A stretch of DNA of 64,000 bases, taken from contig CAZUFP010000002.1 of assembly GCA_964619835.1 (NCBI GenBank), forward strand, positions 48,716 to 112,715, in the 5' to 3' direction. The notes under the pieces are model-generated. The model made no database searches and had not been told where the DNA came from. It saw only the letters and a list, made by a program, of their open reading frames with translations. The DNA is from an uncultured Gemmatimonadaceae bacterium (GTDB lineage Bacteria > Gemmatimonadota > Gemmatimonadetes > Longimicrobiales > RSA9). The translations under genes and the position numbers were made by a program. Shown here piece by piece: positions 36,871 to 46,962 of the stretch (positions are counted from its first letter, which is position 1; every line of letters begins with the position of its first letter).

Positions 36871-38859
36871 GTGTCCGAATCCATGACACGAGCGAAGCAC
36901 GCTCAGGAAACCGGGTTCGGGAGCGTACGCGCGCTCCTGCCCGCATCAGCGTGGGTGGCGACCGGTGTGTTCGCCGCGCTCTCGCTGTACCTGATCGTGC
37001 CGCTGGCACCGACCGGCCGCCACGTCCTGGGCGCCGTGCTGCTGACGCTGCTGCCGCTGGCCTCGGCCGTGGCGGCCAGCGTGGCGGCGCGCCGGGCGGC
37101 GGCGGATGCGCGCGCGGCCTGGCTGCTGTTCGCGGGCGCCGCGCTGCTGGTCTTCGCGGGTCAGGTGGCATGGGCCGCCGAGGTGGGTGCCGGCCTCGGC
37201 ACCAACACCTTCCCCCGCTCCGCGCTCGTGCTGCTGCCGTTGTTCCACCCGGTGTTCGTCGCAGGTGTCATCTACGCCCTGCGTTGGGACCGCATGCGGC
37301 GCTTCGGCACGGAGATCGCCCTGGACGGCGTCCTGATTTTCCTGGCCGGCCTCATCCTCGTGATGCGGGTGGTCGTCGAGCCGTCGAGCACCGTGGCCCC
37401 GGGACGCCTGGTGCTCATGGCGGCCATCGTGATGCTGTCCATCGTCTCTCTTCTCGCGGCGGCGTTGATGGTCGTGTGGCGCACCCCATCCATCTCGGCG
37501 CAGGCGGCCTCCGGGATGTTCCTGGCCACCGTGTTCTTCGCCGCGGGCAACGTGCTGTCGGCGGCGGGGTTCGATCCGGCGCCCGTGTGGCCGGGCGACG
37601 CCTTCGATCTGATATGGCTGGCCGGATGGGCGGCGTTCGCATGGGCCGGACTCGCGGGCTCCACCCTCGCCTCGCCGAAGGTCGTGGGCGGCGCGGAAGG
37701 GCGGGCGGTGGCGCGGTTCGGCCGCTCCATCGTGCCGGGCATCGCTGTGTTCCTGGCCATCATCGTGGTCGACGGCTCCATCGGGCGCCCCATGCGGCCG
37801 GCAACCGGACTGCTGGCCGGCCTGTTGTGCGCCGCGCTCGCCGTGCGCATCACCCACGCGTTGAGCGTGGCGGACCGCCGGGCGCAGGAGGAACGGCGGT
37901 ACGAGCATGGCCAGGTGCTCATCGACGTGAGCCACCTGCTGGCGGGCGCGATGGATGTGGGCCGCGTGCTGTCGCTCATCTCGGACGCCGCCCGGCGGGT
38001 TTTGGCGGCGAAAGCCGCGGGCATCGAACTGTTGTCGGACGACGGTTTGACGCTGGTCACCCGCACGGCCCTGGGCCTTCCCGACGAGATCCTGGGCCTC
38101 CAGTTCCCCGTAGACGGGAGCTTCACCGGCTGGGTCGTGCAGCACGCCGAGCCGCGGGCCACCGTCGACCCCCAGACGGACCCGTACATCCAGCCGCAGA
38201 GCCGCCGCTACCTGGGCCGCTCTCCCGTCGCGGCGGCGCCGCTTCGCTTCGGTGCTCGCACGTTCGGCGTGTTGTACGGGATCCGGGACCGTCCGTTCAC
38301 GCCGGAGGAGCTGGAGCTTCTGGGCGCCCTGGGCGAGCAGGCGGCCGTGGCCATGGAGAACGCCCGCCTGTTCGAGCAGGTCACTGCCATGTCCCTCACC
38401 GACGCGCTCACCGGCCTGGCCAACCGCCGGCAGCTGGAGCGGGACCTGGCCCGGGAGTTCGCAGCGGCACGGCGCGGCCGCCCGCTCACAGCCGTCATGT
38501 TCGACATCGACGACTTCAAGGACTACAACGACCGCTACGGACACCTGGCGGGCGACGACGCCCTGAAGGCGCTGGCCACGGCGCTCAGGGTGGAGACGCG
38601 GGCCATGAACCTGGCCGCGCGTTACGGAGGCGACGAGTTTGTCGTATTGCTGTCCGACGCGGATGACACGGGCGCACGCCTGTTCGTGGAGCGCGTGGCC
38701 CAGCGCTTCACCCAGGAGGTGCTGGCGCTGGGTCGCGGCAGTCTCACCGTCAGCGCCGGCCATGCCTGCTACGACGGCGAGATGGCGGACTGGCTCCAGC
38801 TGCTCGAAGCCGCGGACCGGGCGCTCTACCGGGCCAAACCCCCGCGAGCCAGGACGTAG
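36871..38859 (+). CDS. Membrane sensor diguanylate cyclase (multi-TM N-terminus, GAF, GGDEF)
   Basis: About 8 TM helices, a GAF-like region, and the active-site motif RYGGDEFVVLL. An RxxD-type segment lies upstream. The start is GTG 36871 or ATG 36883. Confidence 0.9.
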   Translation: MSESMTRAKHAQETGFGSVRALLPASAWVATGVFAALSLYLIVPLAPTGRHVLGAVLLTLLPLASAVAASVAARRAAADARAAWLLFAGAALLVFAGQVAWAAEVGAGLGTNTFPRSALVLLPLFHPVFVAGVIYALRWDRMRRFGTEIALDGVLIFLAGLILVMRVVVEPSSTVAPGRLVLMAAIVMLSIVSLLAAALMVVWRTPSISAQAASGMFLATVFFAAGNVLSAAGFDPAPVWPGDAFDLIWLAGWAAFAWAGLAGSTLASPKVVGGAEGRAVARFGRSIVPGIAVFLAIIVVDGSIGRPMRPATGLLAGLLCAALAVRITHALSVADRRAQEERRYEHGQVLIDVSHLLAGAMDVGRVLSLISDAARRVLAAKAAGIELLSDDGLTLVTRTALGLPDEILGLQFPVDGSFTGWVVQHAEPRATVDPQTDPYIQPQSRRYLGRSPVAAAPLRFGARTFGVLYGIRDRPFTPEELELLGALGEQAAVAMENARLFEQVTAMSLTDALTGLANRRQLERDLAREFAAARRGRPLTAVMFDIDDFKDYNDRYGHLAGDDALKALATALRVETRAMNLAARYGGDEFVVLLSDADDTGARLFVERVAQRFTQEVLALGRGSLTVSAGHACYDGEMADWLQLLEAADRALYRAKPPRART

Positions 38860-39659
38860 CAGCTGCGCGACGCTTCCCTCACCAGCTCCGTGACGACGTA
38901 GCCCCGCGCCAGGTACCCTTCCAGCGCCGAACGCACCTTCCCCCGCCAGTCCAGGGCCCGCTCCGGCATCCGCTCCTTCAGATCCTGGATGTCCAGCGGG
39001 ATGGCGACGCGTACACGCTTCGCGTCCAGCTCCAGGTCCGGCTCCTCGCACGCCAGGATTGCCGCGTCGCCGGACGTGGGATTCACGACGGGAACGTCCG
39101 CCACATCGCCGGGAGTAGGCGCCCGTTCGTCGCCGCTCAACCGCCGCCGGACCCGGTCCGAAGCGATGGCCCAGTCCACGACGAGGCGGTCCGTGCCGAG
39201 GCCACGGTGCAGCGGCGAGTCCGGCGCACCGTACAGGTCCCGCCGGTACTCCCGGCAGACGGCGCCCAGGCGGGCGAAGTTCAGGTGAGCGTTGCGCGAT
39301 TCCAACGGCTCGAACGTCCAGTGCACTGTGTAGACGCCCAGGGCCAGAAGACGATCGCGCTGGTTCAGCTTGAGCGCCCGGCCCACGCCTCGGTCCCGCG
39401 CCTCCGGCACCACCGCGAGCATGTCCGACCAGTGCACCAGCCGGCCGTCCCGCAGGCCCGTCATGCCAAAGACGAACCCCACCAGGCGATCGCCCAGCCA
39501 GGCTCCGCTGGCCATGCCGCTCAACTCCTGCGCGACCAGCAGGATGGACGGCGGAACCCGGTCCCGGAAGCCGCGTCCCCAGATTTCTTCCTGCAGCTCG
39601 ACAGCCGTCTCGAACTCCGAGTAGCCGTCCAGCGGCCGGATCACGATGTCGTCGGTCAT
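38826..39659 (-). CDS. GNAT-superfamily protein (about 277 aa, uncharacterised subgroup)
   Basis: MLAVVPEARDRGVGRALK (acetyl-CoA-binding Q/RxxGxG/A-type motif). ATG at 39659, 7 nt downstream of the M20 gene. The 3' end overlaps the convergent GGDEF gene by 34 nt. Confidence 0.65.
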   Translation of the reverse strand: MTDDIVIRPLDGYSEFETAVELQEEIWGRGFRDRVPPSILLVAQELSGMASGAWLGDRLVGFVFGMTGLRDGRLVHWSDMLAVVPEARDRGVGRALKLNQRDRLLALGVYTVHWTFEPLESRNAHLNFARLGAVCREYRRDLYGAPDSPLHRGLGTDRLVVDWAIASDRVRRRLSGDERAPTPGDVADVPVVNPTSGDAAILACEEPDLELDAKRVRVAIPLDIQDLKERMPERALDWRGKVRSALEGYLARGYVVTELVREASRSCYVLARGGLAR

Positions 39660-39666
39660 GGCGCCG

Positions 39667-40812
39667 TCAGAGAGTCTGGAACAGTCGCCCGAAGAGCGCG
39701 ACCCGCCGCGGCAGGTCGTCGACGACGACGTGCTCGTGCAACGCATGGGCACCGTCACCCTGCACGCCCAGGCCGTCGAGGGTGGGTACGCCCAGAGCCG
39801 CGGTAAAACAGCCGTCGCTCGCACCGCCGGTGCCGCCTTCGGGCAGGGCGAAACCCAGCTCTTCCGCCAGGGCGCGTGCTTGCTCGTACAATGCGGCTAC
39901 GGCGGCCGTACGCTCCAGCGGCGGTCGGTTGATCCCACCCTCCAGCCACAGGCCGGCGCCAGGCACAGCCGGCTCCAGAGCGCGAAGCGCAGCGTCCACG
40001 CGCTCCCCTTCCTCCAGGGTGCAGAAACGGACATCGATCTCGAGGCGCGCGGCGGCCGGCACCACGTTGGACGCCGTGCCGCCGTGGATCACGCCGGCGT
40101 TCAGCGTGGTGCCTCGTTCCGGGTCCGCCAGCGCCGGCAGGCCCAGGATCTGGTGGGCAAGCTCCACGATGGCGTTCACGCCGCCACCACTGTCGATGCC
40201 CGCATGCACCGCCACGCCCGAGGCGCGCAAGGTATACACGCCCACGCCCTTGCGGGACGTCTTGGCGCCGCCGTCCGGACGGCACGGTTCGGGCACCAGG
40301 ACGCACGCCGCCTGCCGCGCACCGTCCTCGATGAGGGGCCGCGACGAGTGGGAACCGATCTCCTCGTCGCACGTGGCGAGCAGGTGCACCGGCCGCCGGG
40401 GACGCTCCCCCACCCCGTGCAGCAGGGCCAGCGCTTCCAGCACCACGGCCAACCCCGCCTTCATGTCGTAGGTGCCGGGGCCCCACGCGCGGCCATCCTC
40501 GACGCGGAACGGCCGTTCCGCTAGCGAGCCGACGGGATGGACGGTGTCCAGGTGGGCCAGCACCAGGACCGGCTCGAGATCGGCGGAGGCGCCCGGGAAC
40601 CGGGCAAGCACGTGCGTGCCCAGGTCCGGTGCGGGGATGGCGGAGGCGGTAGCGCCGATGGCGGTCAGCTCGGCGATGAGCGCGGCGGCCAGGACATCGA
40701 TGCGCGCCGCGTCCCCGCTGGGCGTCTCGTGGGCGACCAGGCGCTCGAGACGTTCCAGCACCCGGTCGGTGAGGGAGGGGTCCTTCTGCGCCGCCCGGAA
40801 ATCGGCCGCCAT
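39667..40812 (-). CDS. M20 family metallopeptidase (carboxypeptidase G2 / N-acyl-amino acid hydrolase-like)
   Basis: ETPSGD, LAHLDTVHP, TCDEEIGS and GGTASNVVP motifs. ATG at 40812, 5 nt after the glcF stop. Confidence 0.85.
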   Translation of the reverse strand: MAADFRAAQKDPSLTDRVLERLERLVAHETPSGDAARIDVLAAALIAELTAIGATASAIPAPDLGTHVLARFPGASADLEPVLVLAHLDTVHPVGSLAERPFRVEDGRAWGPGTYDMKAGLAVVLEALALLHGVGERPRRPVHLLATCDEEIGSHSSRPLIEDGARQAACVLVPEPCRPDGGAKTSRKGVGVYTLRASGVAVHAGIDSGGGVNAIVELAHQILGLPALADPERGTTLNAGVIHGGTASNVVPAAARLEIDVRFCTLEEGERVDAALRALEPAVPGAGLWLEGGINRPPLERTAAVAALYEQARALAEELGFALPEGGTGGASDGCFTAALGVPTLDGLGVQGDGAHALHEHVVVDDLPRRVALFGRLFQTL

Positions 40813-40817
40813 GGCCG

Positions 40818-42158
40818 TCACGCGGCGCCCCGGCGATAGCTTTCCGCCAGCAGCTCCACCGGGTGCATCACCACCCGCTCGTCCCCCGCCAGGGTCAGGC
40901 CGGCCCCGATCTGCATCATGCAGCCCGGGTTGGGCGTCACCACGACCGCAGCGCCCGTGGAGCGGATCGCCTCCAGCTTGTCGCCCAGGATGCGCCCCCC
41001 CAGCTCGGGGTGCGTCATGCCGTAGATGCCCGCACCGCCGCAGCATTCGTCCGCGTCGGGCAAGGGCACGAGTTCCAGGCCCGGGATGGTCCGCAGCACA
41101 TCCAGCGGCGCTTCCGTGATACCCTGGCCATGGTGGAGATGGCACGGCGCGTCGTACGTCACGCGGAGCGGCACCGCCCCACCCCGCACCGGCCCCAGCT
41201 CCGCCAGCAGCTCAAACAGGTCGCGCACACGACTGGCCAGAGCCCCTGCGTCGCCCGCCAGCGGGTCGTCCGCCAACAGCTCGCCGTAGTCCTTCATCAT
41301 GGCGCCGCATCCCGCCGCGTTCACGACGACGTACTCCACACCCGCGTCCTGGAACGCACGCACGTTCCGCCGCGCCAACGACCGCGCGCCGTCCAGCGCG
41401 CCGTTGTGCGCATGCAAGGCTCCACAACACACCTGCCCCGGCACGTCCACGATCTCACACCCGTTCGCCTCCAGCACGGCCCGCGTTGCGTCGTTCACCC
41501 GCCGGAACAGGCCGTCCTGCACACAGCCCGTCAGCATGGCGACGCGATGCGACCGTCGACCGTCGACCGCCCTGGAGGCAGCGCTCCCCCCTTCTCCCGG
41601 TCTCCCCCTCTCCCTATCGGGGCGCAGGCGGGGAAGGGCGGTCTCCCCGTCGGGGTAGGGGCGGCGCGGGGCGGTGGCCGCCACCATGGCCAGGGCGAAG
41701 CGGGTGCGGCCGAAGCGCCGGGGCAGGGCGCGCGCCAGGCCGCGCGCCAGGCCGCCGGCCCGCAGGAGGCGCCCCAAGGCGGACACAGCGCGCGTGAGCC
41801 GCCGACTTCCGAAAACGTGCAGGGAGGACCGGGCCAGGAAACCGGTGCCCGTTTCCCGGGCGACCAGGTCGCGGGCGCGTTCCAGCAGAAAGCCGTAGCG
41901 CACGCCGGACGGGCACACCGGTTCGCAGGCGCGGCAGCCGAGGCAGCGGTCGAGGTGGGTGGTGACGGCGTCGTCGCCGGGCGTGAGCCGCCCCTCGACG
42001 ACGGCGCGCATGAGGTAGAGCCGGCCGCGGGGCGAATCGTTCTCGTCTCCGAGACGCCTGTACGTGGGGCAGGCAGGCAGGCAGAACCCGCAATGCACGC
42101 AGGTCAGCAGCTTGTCTTCTTGCGCGGCCAGCGCGGACGCGAGCACGTCAATCGGCAT
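40818..42158 (-). CDS. glcF: Glycolate oxidase iron-sulfur subunit GlcF ((Fe-S)-binding protein with CCG domains)
   Basis: CVHCGFCLPACP and CLGCRACEPVCP ferredoxin motifs, plus C-terminal CCG-type cysteine motifs (VCCGA, ECCGGAG). Confidence 0.85.
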   Translation of the reverse strand: MPIDVLASALAAQEDKLLTCVHCGFCLPACPTYRRLGDENDSPRGRLYLMRAVVEGRLTPGDDAVTTHLDRCLGCRACEPVCPSGVRYGFLLERARDLVARETGTGFLARSSLHVFGSRRLTRAVSALGRLLRAGGLARGLARALPRRFGRTRFALAMVAATAPRRPYPDGETALPRLRPDRERGRPGEGGSAASRAVDGRRSHRVAMLTGCVQDGLFRRVNDATRAVLEANGCEIVDVPGQVCCGALHAHNGALDGARSLARRNVRAFQDAGVEYVVVNAAGCGAMMKDYGELLADDPLAGDAGALASRVRDLFELLAELGPVRGGAVPLRVTYDAPCHLHHGQGITEAPLDVLRTIPGLELVPLPDADECCGGAGIYGMTHPELGGRILGDKLEAIRSTGAAVVVTPNPGCMMQIGAGLTLAGDERVVMHPVELLAESYRRGAA

Positions 42159-43434
42159 CGAAGATGAACCGGCCGGGGGAGAGGACGCCTGCGGGGTCGA
42201 ACGTTCGCTTCAGTCCCTGCATGAGCCGGCGCGCCGGGCCCGGATCGCCGAACGGGTCGAAACGGGTGGCAAGCTCCGGCGGCGCACTGCCCAGCACGAC
42301 ACTGCCGCGATGCCCCGACAGGGCGTCCCGGGCCGCGTTGAGGCGATCCGACAGGCGGTCGGCATCCAGCGCGGACACGGCCGCGGCATCGAACATCACA
42401 CGGACGATGCCGTCGGCGTGGGCGGCCAGCATCACGCCGTCATCCGCCAGGGCGCCTGCGCGCGCGACGGTGGCTGCCAGGGCGGCCGGCCGATCGGCCA
42501 GGCGCACGACCAGGGGCGATCCGGCCTCGAAATCGGCCAGGCGCGCCCAGGCGCCTTCATCCGCGTCCAAGTCCGCCCCGACGTCGTGGTCGGCACAGAG
42601 CGCATCGACGACGTCCAACGTGCCGGCGACGGCGTCGGCGTTGCCCTGGGCCCGCGCCAGCAGCAGCCAGGCCGGGGGGCCGTCGGGCAGCACGTGCGTG
42701 CTTGCCCGCGGGTCCACCAGCTCGAGAGCCACCAGGTCCACTTGCCGCTCGCGGACATCCCGGATCATGGCCAGCAATGCCGCTCCGTCCGGCGCACGCA
42801 CCACGCGGGTCGCGTCCCGTTCCGGCAACGGGTGCAGCCGGAAATTCACGCGCGTGATGACCGCGAGCGTGCCCCGGCTCCCCACCAGCAGGCGAGTCAG
42901 ATCGTAGCCCGCCACGTTCTTCACGACCCGGCCGCCGAACCGCAGCCTGCGGCCATCGCCCGCCACCACGTCCACGCCCAGCACGTGGTCTCGGGGCGTG
43001 CCGTAGCCGTGGCGCAGAGGCCCGGCGGCGGCCGTCGCCACCAGCGCGCCGATGGTGCCTCGCCGGCCGCCGGGGGGATCCAGAGGCAGCCACTGGCCCT
43101 GCCGGGCGAGGATGGCCTGGAGGTCTCCCAGGGTGGTGCCCGCGTCCACGGCCACCGTCAGGTCGTCCGGCGCGTGGTCCGGCGCACGTGCGATGGAGTG
43201 GGTCGACAGCACCAGGTCCAGCCGGCGAGGCGGCCGCCCGGAGTCCAGCCAGCTTCCGGCACCGGCGGGCTCCACGGCCCACCCCGCGGCGGTCGCCGCT
43301 TCCAGGGTGTGAGCCACCTCGTCCGTGTTCGTCGCCTCCACCACCGCTTCCGGCTCAGCGCCCTGCACCGCCCAGTCCTCCGGGGCGCCTTTGCGCTCGG
43401 GCAACAGGCCGGCCAGGGGCGTCGTCGTGGTCAC
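42148..43434 (-). CDS. glcE: Glycolate oxidase FAD-binding subunit GlcE
   Basis: FAD-binding PCMH-type domain. Positioned between glcD and glcF with overlaps at both ends (GTGA at 43431-43434). The alternative ATG at 43452 cannot be excluded. Confidence 0.8.
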   Translation of the reverse strand: MTTTTPLAGLLPERKGAPEDWAVQGAEPEAVVEATNTDEVAHTLEAATAAGWAVEPAGAGSWLDSGRPPRRLDLVLSTHSIARAPDHAPDDLTVAVDAGTTLGDLQAILARQGQWLPLDPPGGRRGTIGALVATAAAGPLRHGYGTPRDHVLGVDVVAGDGRRLRFGGRVVKNVAGYDLTRLLVGSRGTLAVITRVNFRLHPLPERDATRVVRAPDGAALLAMIRDVRERQVDLVALELVDPRASTHVLPDGPPAWLLLARAQGNADAVAGTLDVVDALCADHDVGADLDADEGAWARLADFEAGSPLVVRLADRPAALAATVARAGALADDGVMLAAHADGIVRVMFDAAAVSALDADRLSDRLNAARDALSGHRGSVVLGSAPPELATRFDPFGDPGPARRLMQGLKRTFDPAGVLSPGRFIFDAD

Positions 43435-44867
43435 GAAACCTCCCCTTTGCACACGTCTTCCGGCAGGATCTTGCCGGGGTTGGCCAGGCCGCGCGGGTCG
43501 AACACGTTCCGAACGGAGCAGAGCACGTCCATCTCCGCCGGCCCGAAGACCAGATGCATGTAATGACGCTTGTCCAGGCCGACACCGTGCTCGCCCGTGA
43601 TGGTGCCGCCGGCTTCGACGCAGGCCGTCATGATCTCCTTGGACGCCGCCTGTACCCGTGCCAGCTCGTCCGCGTTGCGCCGGTCGAAGACGAGGTTCGG
43701 GTGCAGATTGCCGTCGCCGGCGTGAAACACGTTGGCCACGCGAAGGTCGTAGCGCTCACAGATGCCGTAGATGCGCGCCAGCACCGAGGGGAGCCGACTG
43801 CGCGGGACCGTGGCGTCCTGCACCAGCAGGTCCGGCGCCAGGCGGCCCATGGCCCCGAACGCCTTCTTCCGGCCCTGCCACAGACCGAGCCGCTCCGCCT
43901 CGGTCTTCGCCCGCCGCACTTCCCGGGCACCCGACGCTTCGCAGATCTGCTGCGCCCGCGCCGCGTCGGCAGCCGTCTCCGCCGGCGCACCGTCCATCTC
44001 CACCACCAGCGCCGCCGCCGCATCCGTCGGGTAGCCGGCGGCGTAGATGCTTTCCTCCACGGCCTTGATGGTGTTGTGGTCGATCATCTCCATGGCCGCC
44101 GGGATAAGCCCCGCGGCGATGATCGCGCTCACCGCCCGGCCGGCTTCCTCGATGTCGTCGTAGATGGCCAGCAGCGTCGCCACAGCCCTGGGCTTGGGCG
44201 ACAGCCGGATCTCCACCTCCGTGGCGATGCCGAAGGTGCCTTCGCTGCCCACGAACAGGCCTACCAGATCGTAGCCGGCGGTTTCCCCTGCCCCCCCGCC
44301 CAGCTCGAGCACTTCCCCATCGGGCAGCACCACGGTCAGGCCGGTGATGTGGTTCGTCGTGACGCCGTACTTCAGGCAGTGGGGGCCGCCGGAGTTCTCC
44401 GCCACGTTGCCGCCGATGGTGCAGGCGCTCTGGGAGCTGGGGTCCGGTGCGTAGTACAGCCCGTGGGGCTCCGCCGCCTTGCTGATCCGCACGTTCACCA
44501 CGCCCGCCTCCACCCGCGCCCGTCGATTCCCCGGGTCCATCTCCAGGATGCGGGTCATGCGGGCCGTGCTCAGCACGACGGCGTCATGCAGCGGCACGGC
44601 CCCTCCGGACAGTCCTGTGCCGGAGCCCCGGGCCACGAACGGGACGCCGGCATCGGCAAGCAGCCGCACGGCCGCCGCGACCTGGTCGGTGGAGCGAGGA
44701 AGAAGCACCGCGCGGGGCAAGTGACGGTGCGAAGTGAGCCCGTCCGACTCGTAGGTCACGAGTCGACCCGGGTCGGTGATGAGGCCGTCCCGGCCTACGA
44801 TCCGGCGCAGCCCGGCGGCCAGGTCGGCGCCGAGCCGTTCCGTTTCGGGTGCGATGGTCGAAGGCAT
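43431..44867 (-). CDS. glcD: Glycolate oxidase subunit GlcD (FAD-linked oxidase)
   Basis: VARGSGTGLSGGAVP FAD-binding motif and a C-terminal FAD-oxidase domain (GTITGEHGVGLDK). Confidence 0.9.
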   Translation of the reverse strand: MPSTIAPETERLGADLAAGLRRIVGRDGLITDPGRLVTYESDGLTSHRHLPRAVLLPRSTDQVAAAVRLLADAGVPFVARGSGTGLSGGAVPLHDAVVLSTARMTRILEMDPGNRRARVEAGVVNVRISKAAEPHGLYYAPDPSSQSACTIGGNVAENSGGPHCLKYGVTTNHITGLTVVLPDGEVLELGGGAGETAGYDLVGLFVGSEGTFGIATEVEIRLSPKPRAVATLLAIYDDIEEAGRAVSAIIAAGLIPAAMEMIDHNTIKAVEESIYAAGYPTDAAAALVVEMDGAPAETAADAARAQQICEASGAREVRRAKTEAERLGLWQGRKKAFGAMGRLAPDLLVQDATVPRSRLPSVLARIYGICERYDLRVANVFHAGDGNLHPNLVFDRRNADELARVQAASKEIMTACVEAGGTITGEHGVGLDKRHYMHLVFGPAEMDVLCSVRNVFDPRGLANPGKILPEDVCKGEVS

Positions 44868-44951
44868 GTGGCTCCTGGGTTCCCAGCCGGCATCGGAAGG
44901 TAGGGTGGACCCGGCCGCCCGCTCAAGGTGCGCCGGCCGAACCAGCGCCCG

Positions 44952-45719
44952 TCAGGGGATCAGCGCCCAAGCCCCGTTCGTCGGTACCACCACATCCTGC
45001 TCCTGCAGGTGCCGCAGGTACGCATGGGTCGCGCCACGGGCAGCGTCCCGAAGCCGCGCGTCCAGTGCGCGACCGTACACCGCGTCCACCAGGGCATCCA
45101 CCGAAAGGGGACCTTCCTGCAACGCTGCCACGACTCGTGCCTCCCGCTCCCGACGATGCGCGATGTAGGCAGCCACCGCCGCTTCGCCGTCCGGGAATGG
45201 CGGGCCGTGGGACGGATAAAGGACGTGCGCACCCAACCCCCTTACGCGCTCCAGGGATGCCAGGTACGCGCCCAGGTCGCCCTCCGGCGGCGCCACCAGC
45301 GTCGTGTTCTGGCCGCCCATCATGAGGTCGCCGACGAACACCGCGTCCCCGTCGGGCCAGTGGAAAGCGAAATGGTCAGGAGTATGACCGGGTGTTGCCA
45401 GGGCCGTGAGTTCGCCGGCGTCCGTCGTGAACGTCCGCCCCTCCGTGACTCCCGAGCCCGCCGAACGGATCGGAGCACCCAACCGCTCCGCCAGCGCCAA
45501 CGCCCCCGCCGCGTGATCCGGATGGCCGTGGGTCAGCAGGATCTCCGCCGATCCGTCACCCACGGCTTCCACCACCGCGTCCCGGTGTGCCGGCAAGGCC
45601 GGGCCGGGATCGATCACCACGACCCGGCCACGCCCCACCAGGTAGGTTTGCGTGCCGTCCAGCGTCATGGGCGACGGGTTCGCCGCCGTGACGACGCGGG
45701 GCACGCCGGCCTGCGTCAT
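44952..45719 (-). CDS. MBL-fold metallo-hydrolase (glyoxalase II-like with a C-terminal helical extension)
   Basis: LLTHGHPDHAAGA motif with downstream His/Asp ligands (TPGHTPDH). Confidence 0.85.
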   Translation of the reverse strand: MTQAGVPRVVTAANPSPMTLDGTQTYLVGRGRVVVIDPGPALPAHRDAVVEAVGDGSAEILLTHGHPDHAAGALALAERLGAPIRSAGSGVTEGRTFTTDAGELTALATPGHTPDHFAFHWPDGDAVFVGDLMMGGQNTTLVAPPEGDLGAYLASLERVRGLGAHVLYPSHGPPFPDGEAAVAAYIAHRREREARVVAALQEGPLSVDALVDAVYGRALDARLRDAARGATHAYLRHLQEQDVVVPTNGAWALIP

Positions 45720-45723
45720 GCCG

Positions 45724-46191
45724 CTACTGCCGGCGCTCCGCCATCAGGACTTCCGCCAGCTTGTCCGCCACCAGCTGGACCTGTTGCTCGTCCTCGTCCG
45801 AGAACGCAGCCTTCCGGTCACTGTCCACGTCGATCTGGCCCAGGATCGCGTCGCCCGCCCGGATCAGCACGACCATCTCCGACTGCGTGTCCGGGCTGCA
45901 CGCCATGTAGTCCTCCGACTGGCTCACGTCCGGCACGTTGGCGTTCTCACCCTTCGCCACCGCCTGCCCGCACACCCCCATGCCCACTTCGATCAGCGCA
46001 TGCTCCGTCGGTCGGCCAACGTAGTTGTGCAGCCAGAGGCGGTTCTTCTCATCGTCCACCAGGTAGACGCCCACCCAGTCGAAATGATCCTCCTTCGACA
46101 GGTCGCGAACCACTCGCCGCATGATCGGGTCCGACAGATGTCCCGATTCCCGCATCTGCTGAATTCCCTTCACCAGCTCCGTCGTGTCCAT
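45724..46191 (-). CDS. GAF domain protein (free methionine-R-sulfoxide reductase/YebR-like)
   Basis: Single-GAF protein, about 155 aa, with WVGVYLV...GVCGQAV...QIDVDS as in the fRMsr-type family. Confidence 0.8.
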   Translation of the reverse strand: MDTTELVKGIQQMRESGHLSDPIMRRVVRDLSKEDHFDWVGVYLVDDEKNRLWLHNYVGRPTEHALIEVGMGVCGQAVAKGENANVPDVSQSEDYMACSPDTQSEMVVLIRAGDAILGQIDVDSDRKAAFSDEDEQQVQLVADKLAEVLMAERRQ

Positions 46192-46308
46192 TTTACCTCG
46201 TTCTTCCCGGGTTCATCGTCCTTGGACGGATCGCGGGCTGTTCCGCGTCCGCGGCGCCCGTATGATTTCGTGGAGCGTGGACCGTGAAGCGTGACGACGC
46301 CCCACCTT

Positions 46309-46962
46309 TCACGGTTCACGCTTCGCGTTTCCCGCTGTTCCTTCCTCGGCGACAAGGACCGCACGCAGCGGTGCGCTGTCCGCGTCCACCAGCCGCAACG
46401 GCAGGCCGATGAACGTGTAGCGGCCCGGTGCCACATCGTCCAGCACCAGGTTCTCCACGTTCACGACGCCGCCTTCGGCCAGGATGTGGTGGGCATCCAG
46501 GGCCGTGGAATCCACCGGGTCGACCGACGGCGCATCGGTGCCCACCAGCTTGACCCCCATCTCTACCAGCCTTCGCGCCAGGCGCGTGGACAGCGCCGCG
46601 AAACGCTCCGGGAACGAGCCGGGGTCGGTCCGCTCCCGCGTACGGAACAACACGCGGGGGGCGCCTTCGAGATCCACGCCGTCCAACGTGTCGGCGTCCA
46701 GCTCCCCGCGGCCGCGCGCGTCCACGACGACGGCGGGCCCCACGAACGTCGCCAGCGGCAACGACCCGGCACCCGCGCCCTCGTCGCTCACGTGCCGCGG
46801 CCCATCGGCATGGGTCCCGGCATGAACGCTCAGGGACACGGCCGCGACGTTCACGCTGTCCCCGTTCCGCCGGCGCAGGGTCCACTCCAGCGCCACCGGC
46901 CGGTCGCCGGGCCAGACGGCCGTGTCCGGACCCAGCGGCTGCGAGATGTCGATGAGCCTCAT
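46309..46962 (-). CDS. Cyclase-family protein (kynurenine formamidase/arylformamidase-like)
   Basis: HAGTHADGPRH metal-binding motif. ATGA overlap with the upstream M42 gene. Confidence 0.85.
   Translation of the reverse strand: MRLIDISQPLGPDTAVWPGDRPVALEWTLRRRNGDSVNVAAVSLSVHAGTHADGPRHVSDEGAGAGSLPLATFVGPAVVVDARGRGELDADTLDGVDLEGAPRVLFRTRERTDPGSFPERFAALSTRLARRLVEMGVKLVGTDAPSVDPVDSTALDAHHILAEGGVVNVENLVLDDVAPGRYTFIGLPLRLVDADSAPLRAVLVAEEGTAGNAKREP

Noticed and set aside
36627-39051. 679-aa plus-frame and 701-aa minus-frame ORFs over the diguanylate cyclase locus
   Set aside because: Only the 36871-38859 frame gives TM helices, GAF and GGDEF. The others are compositional artefacts.
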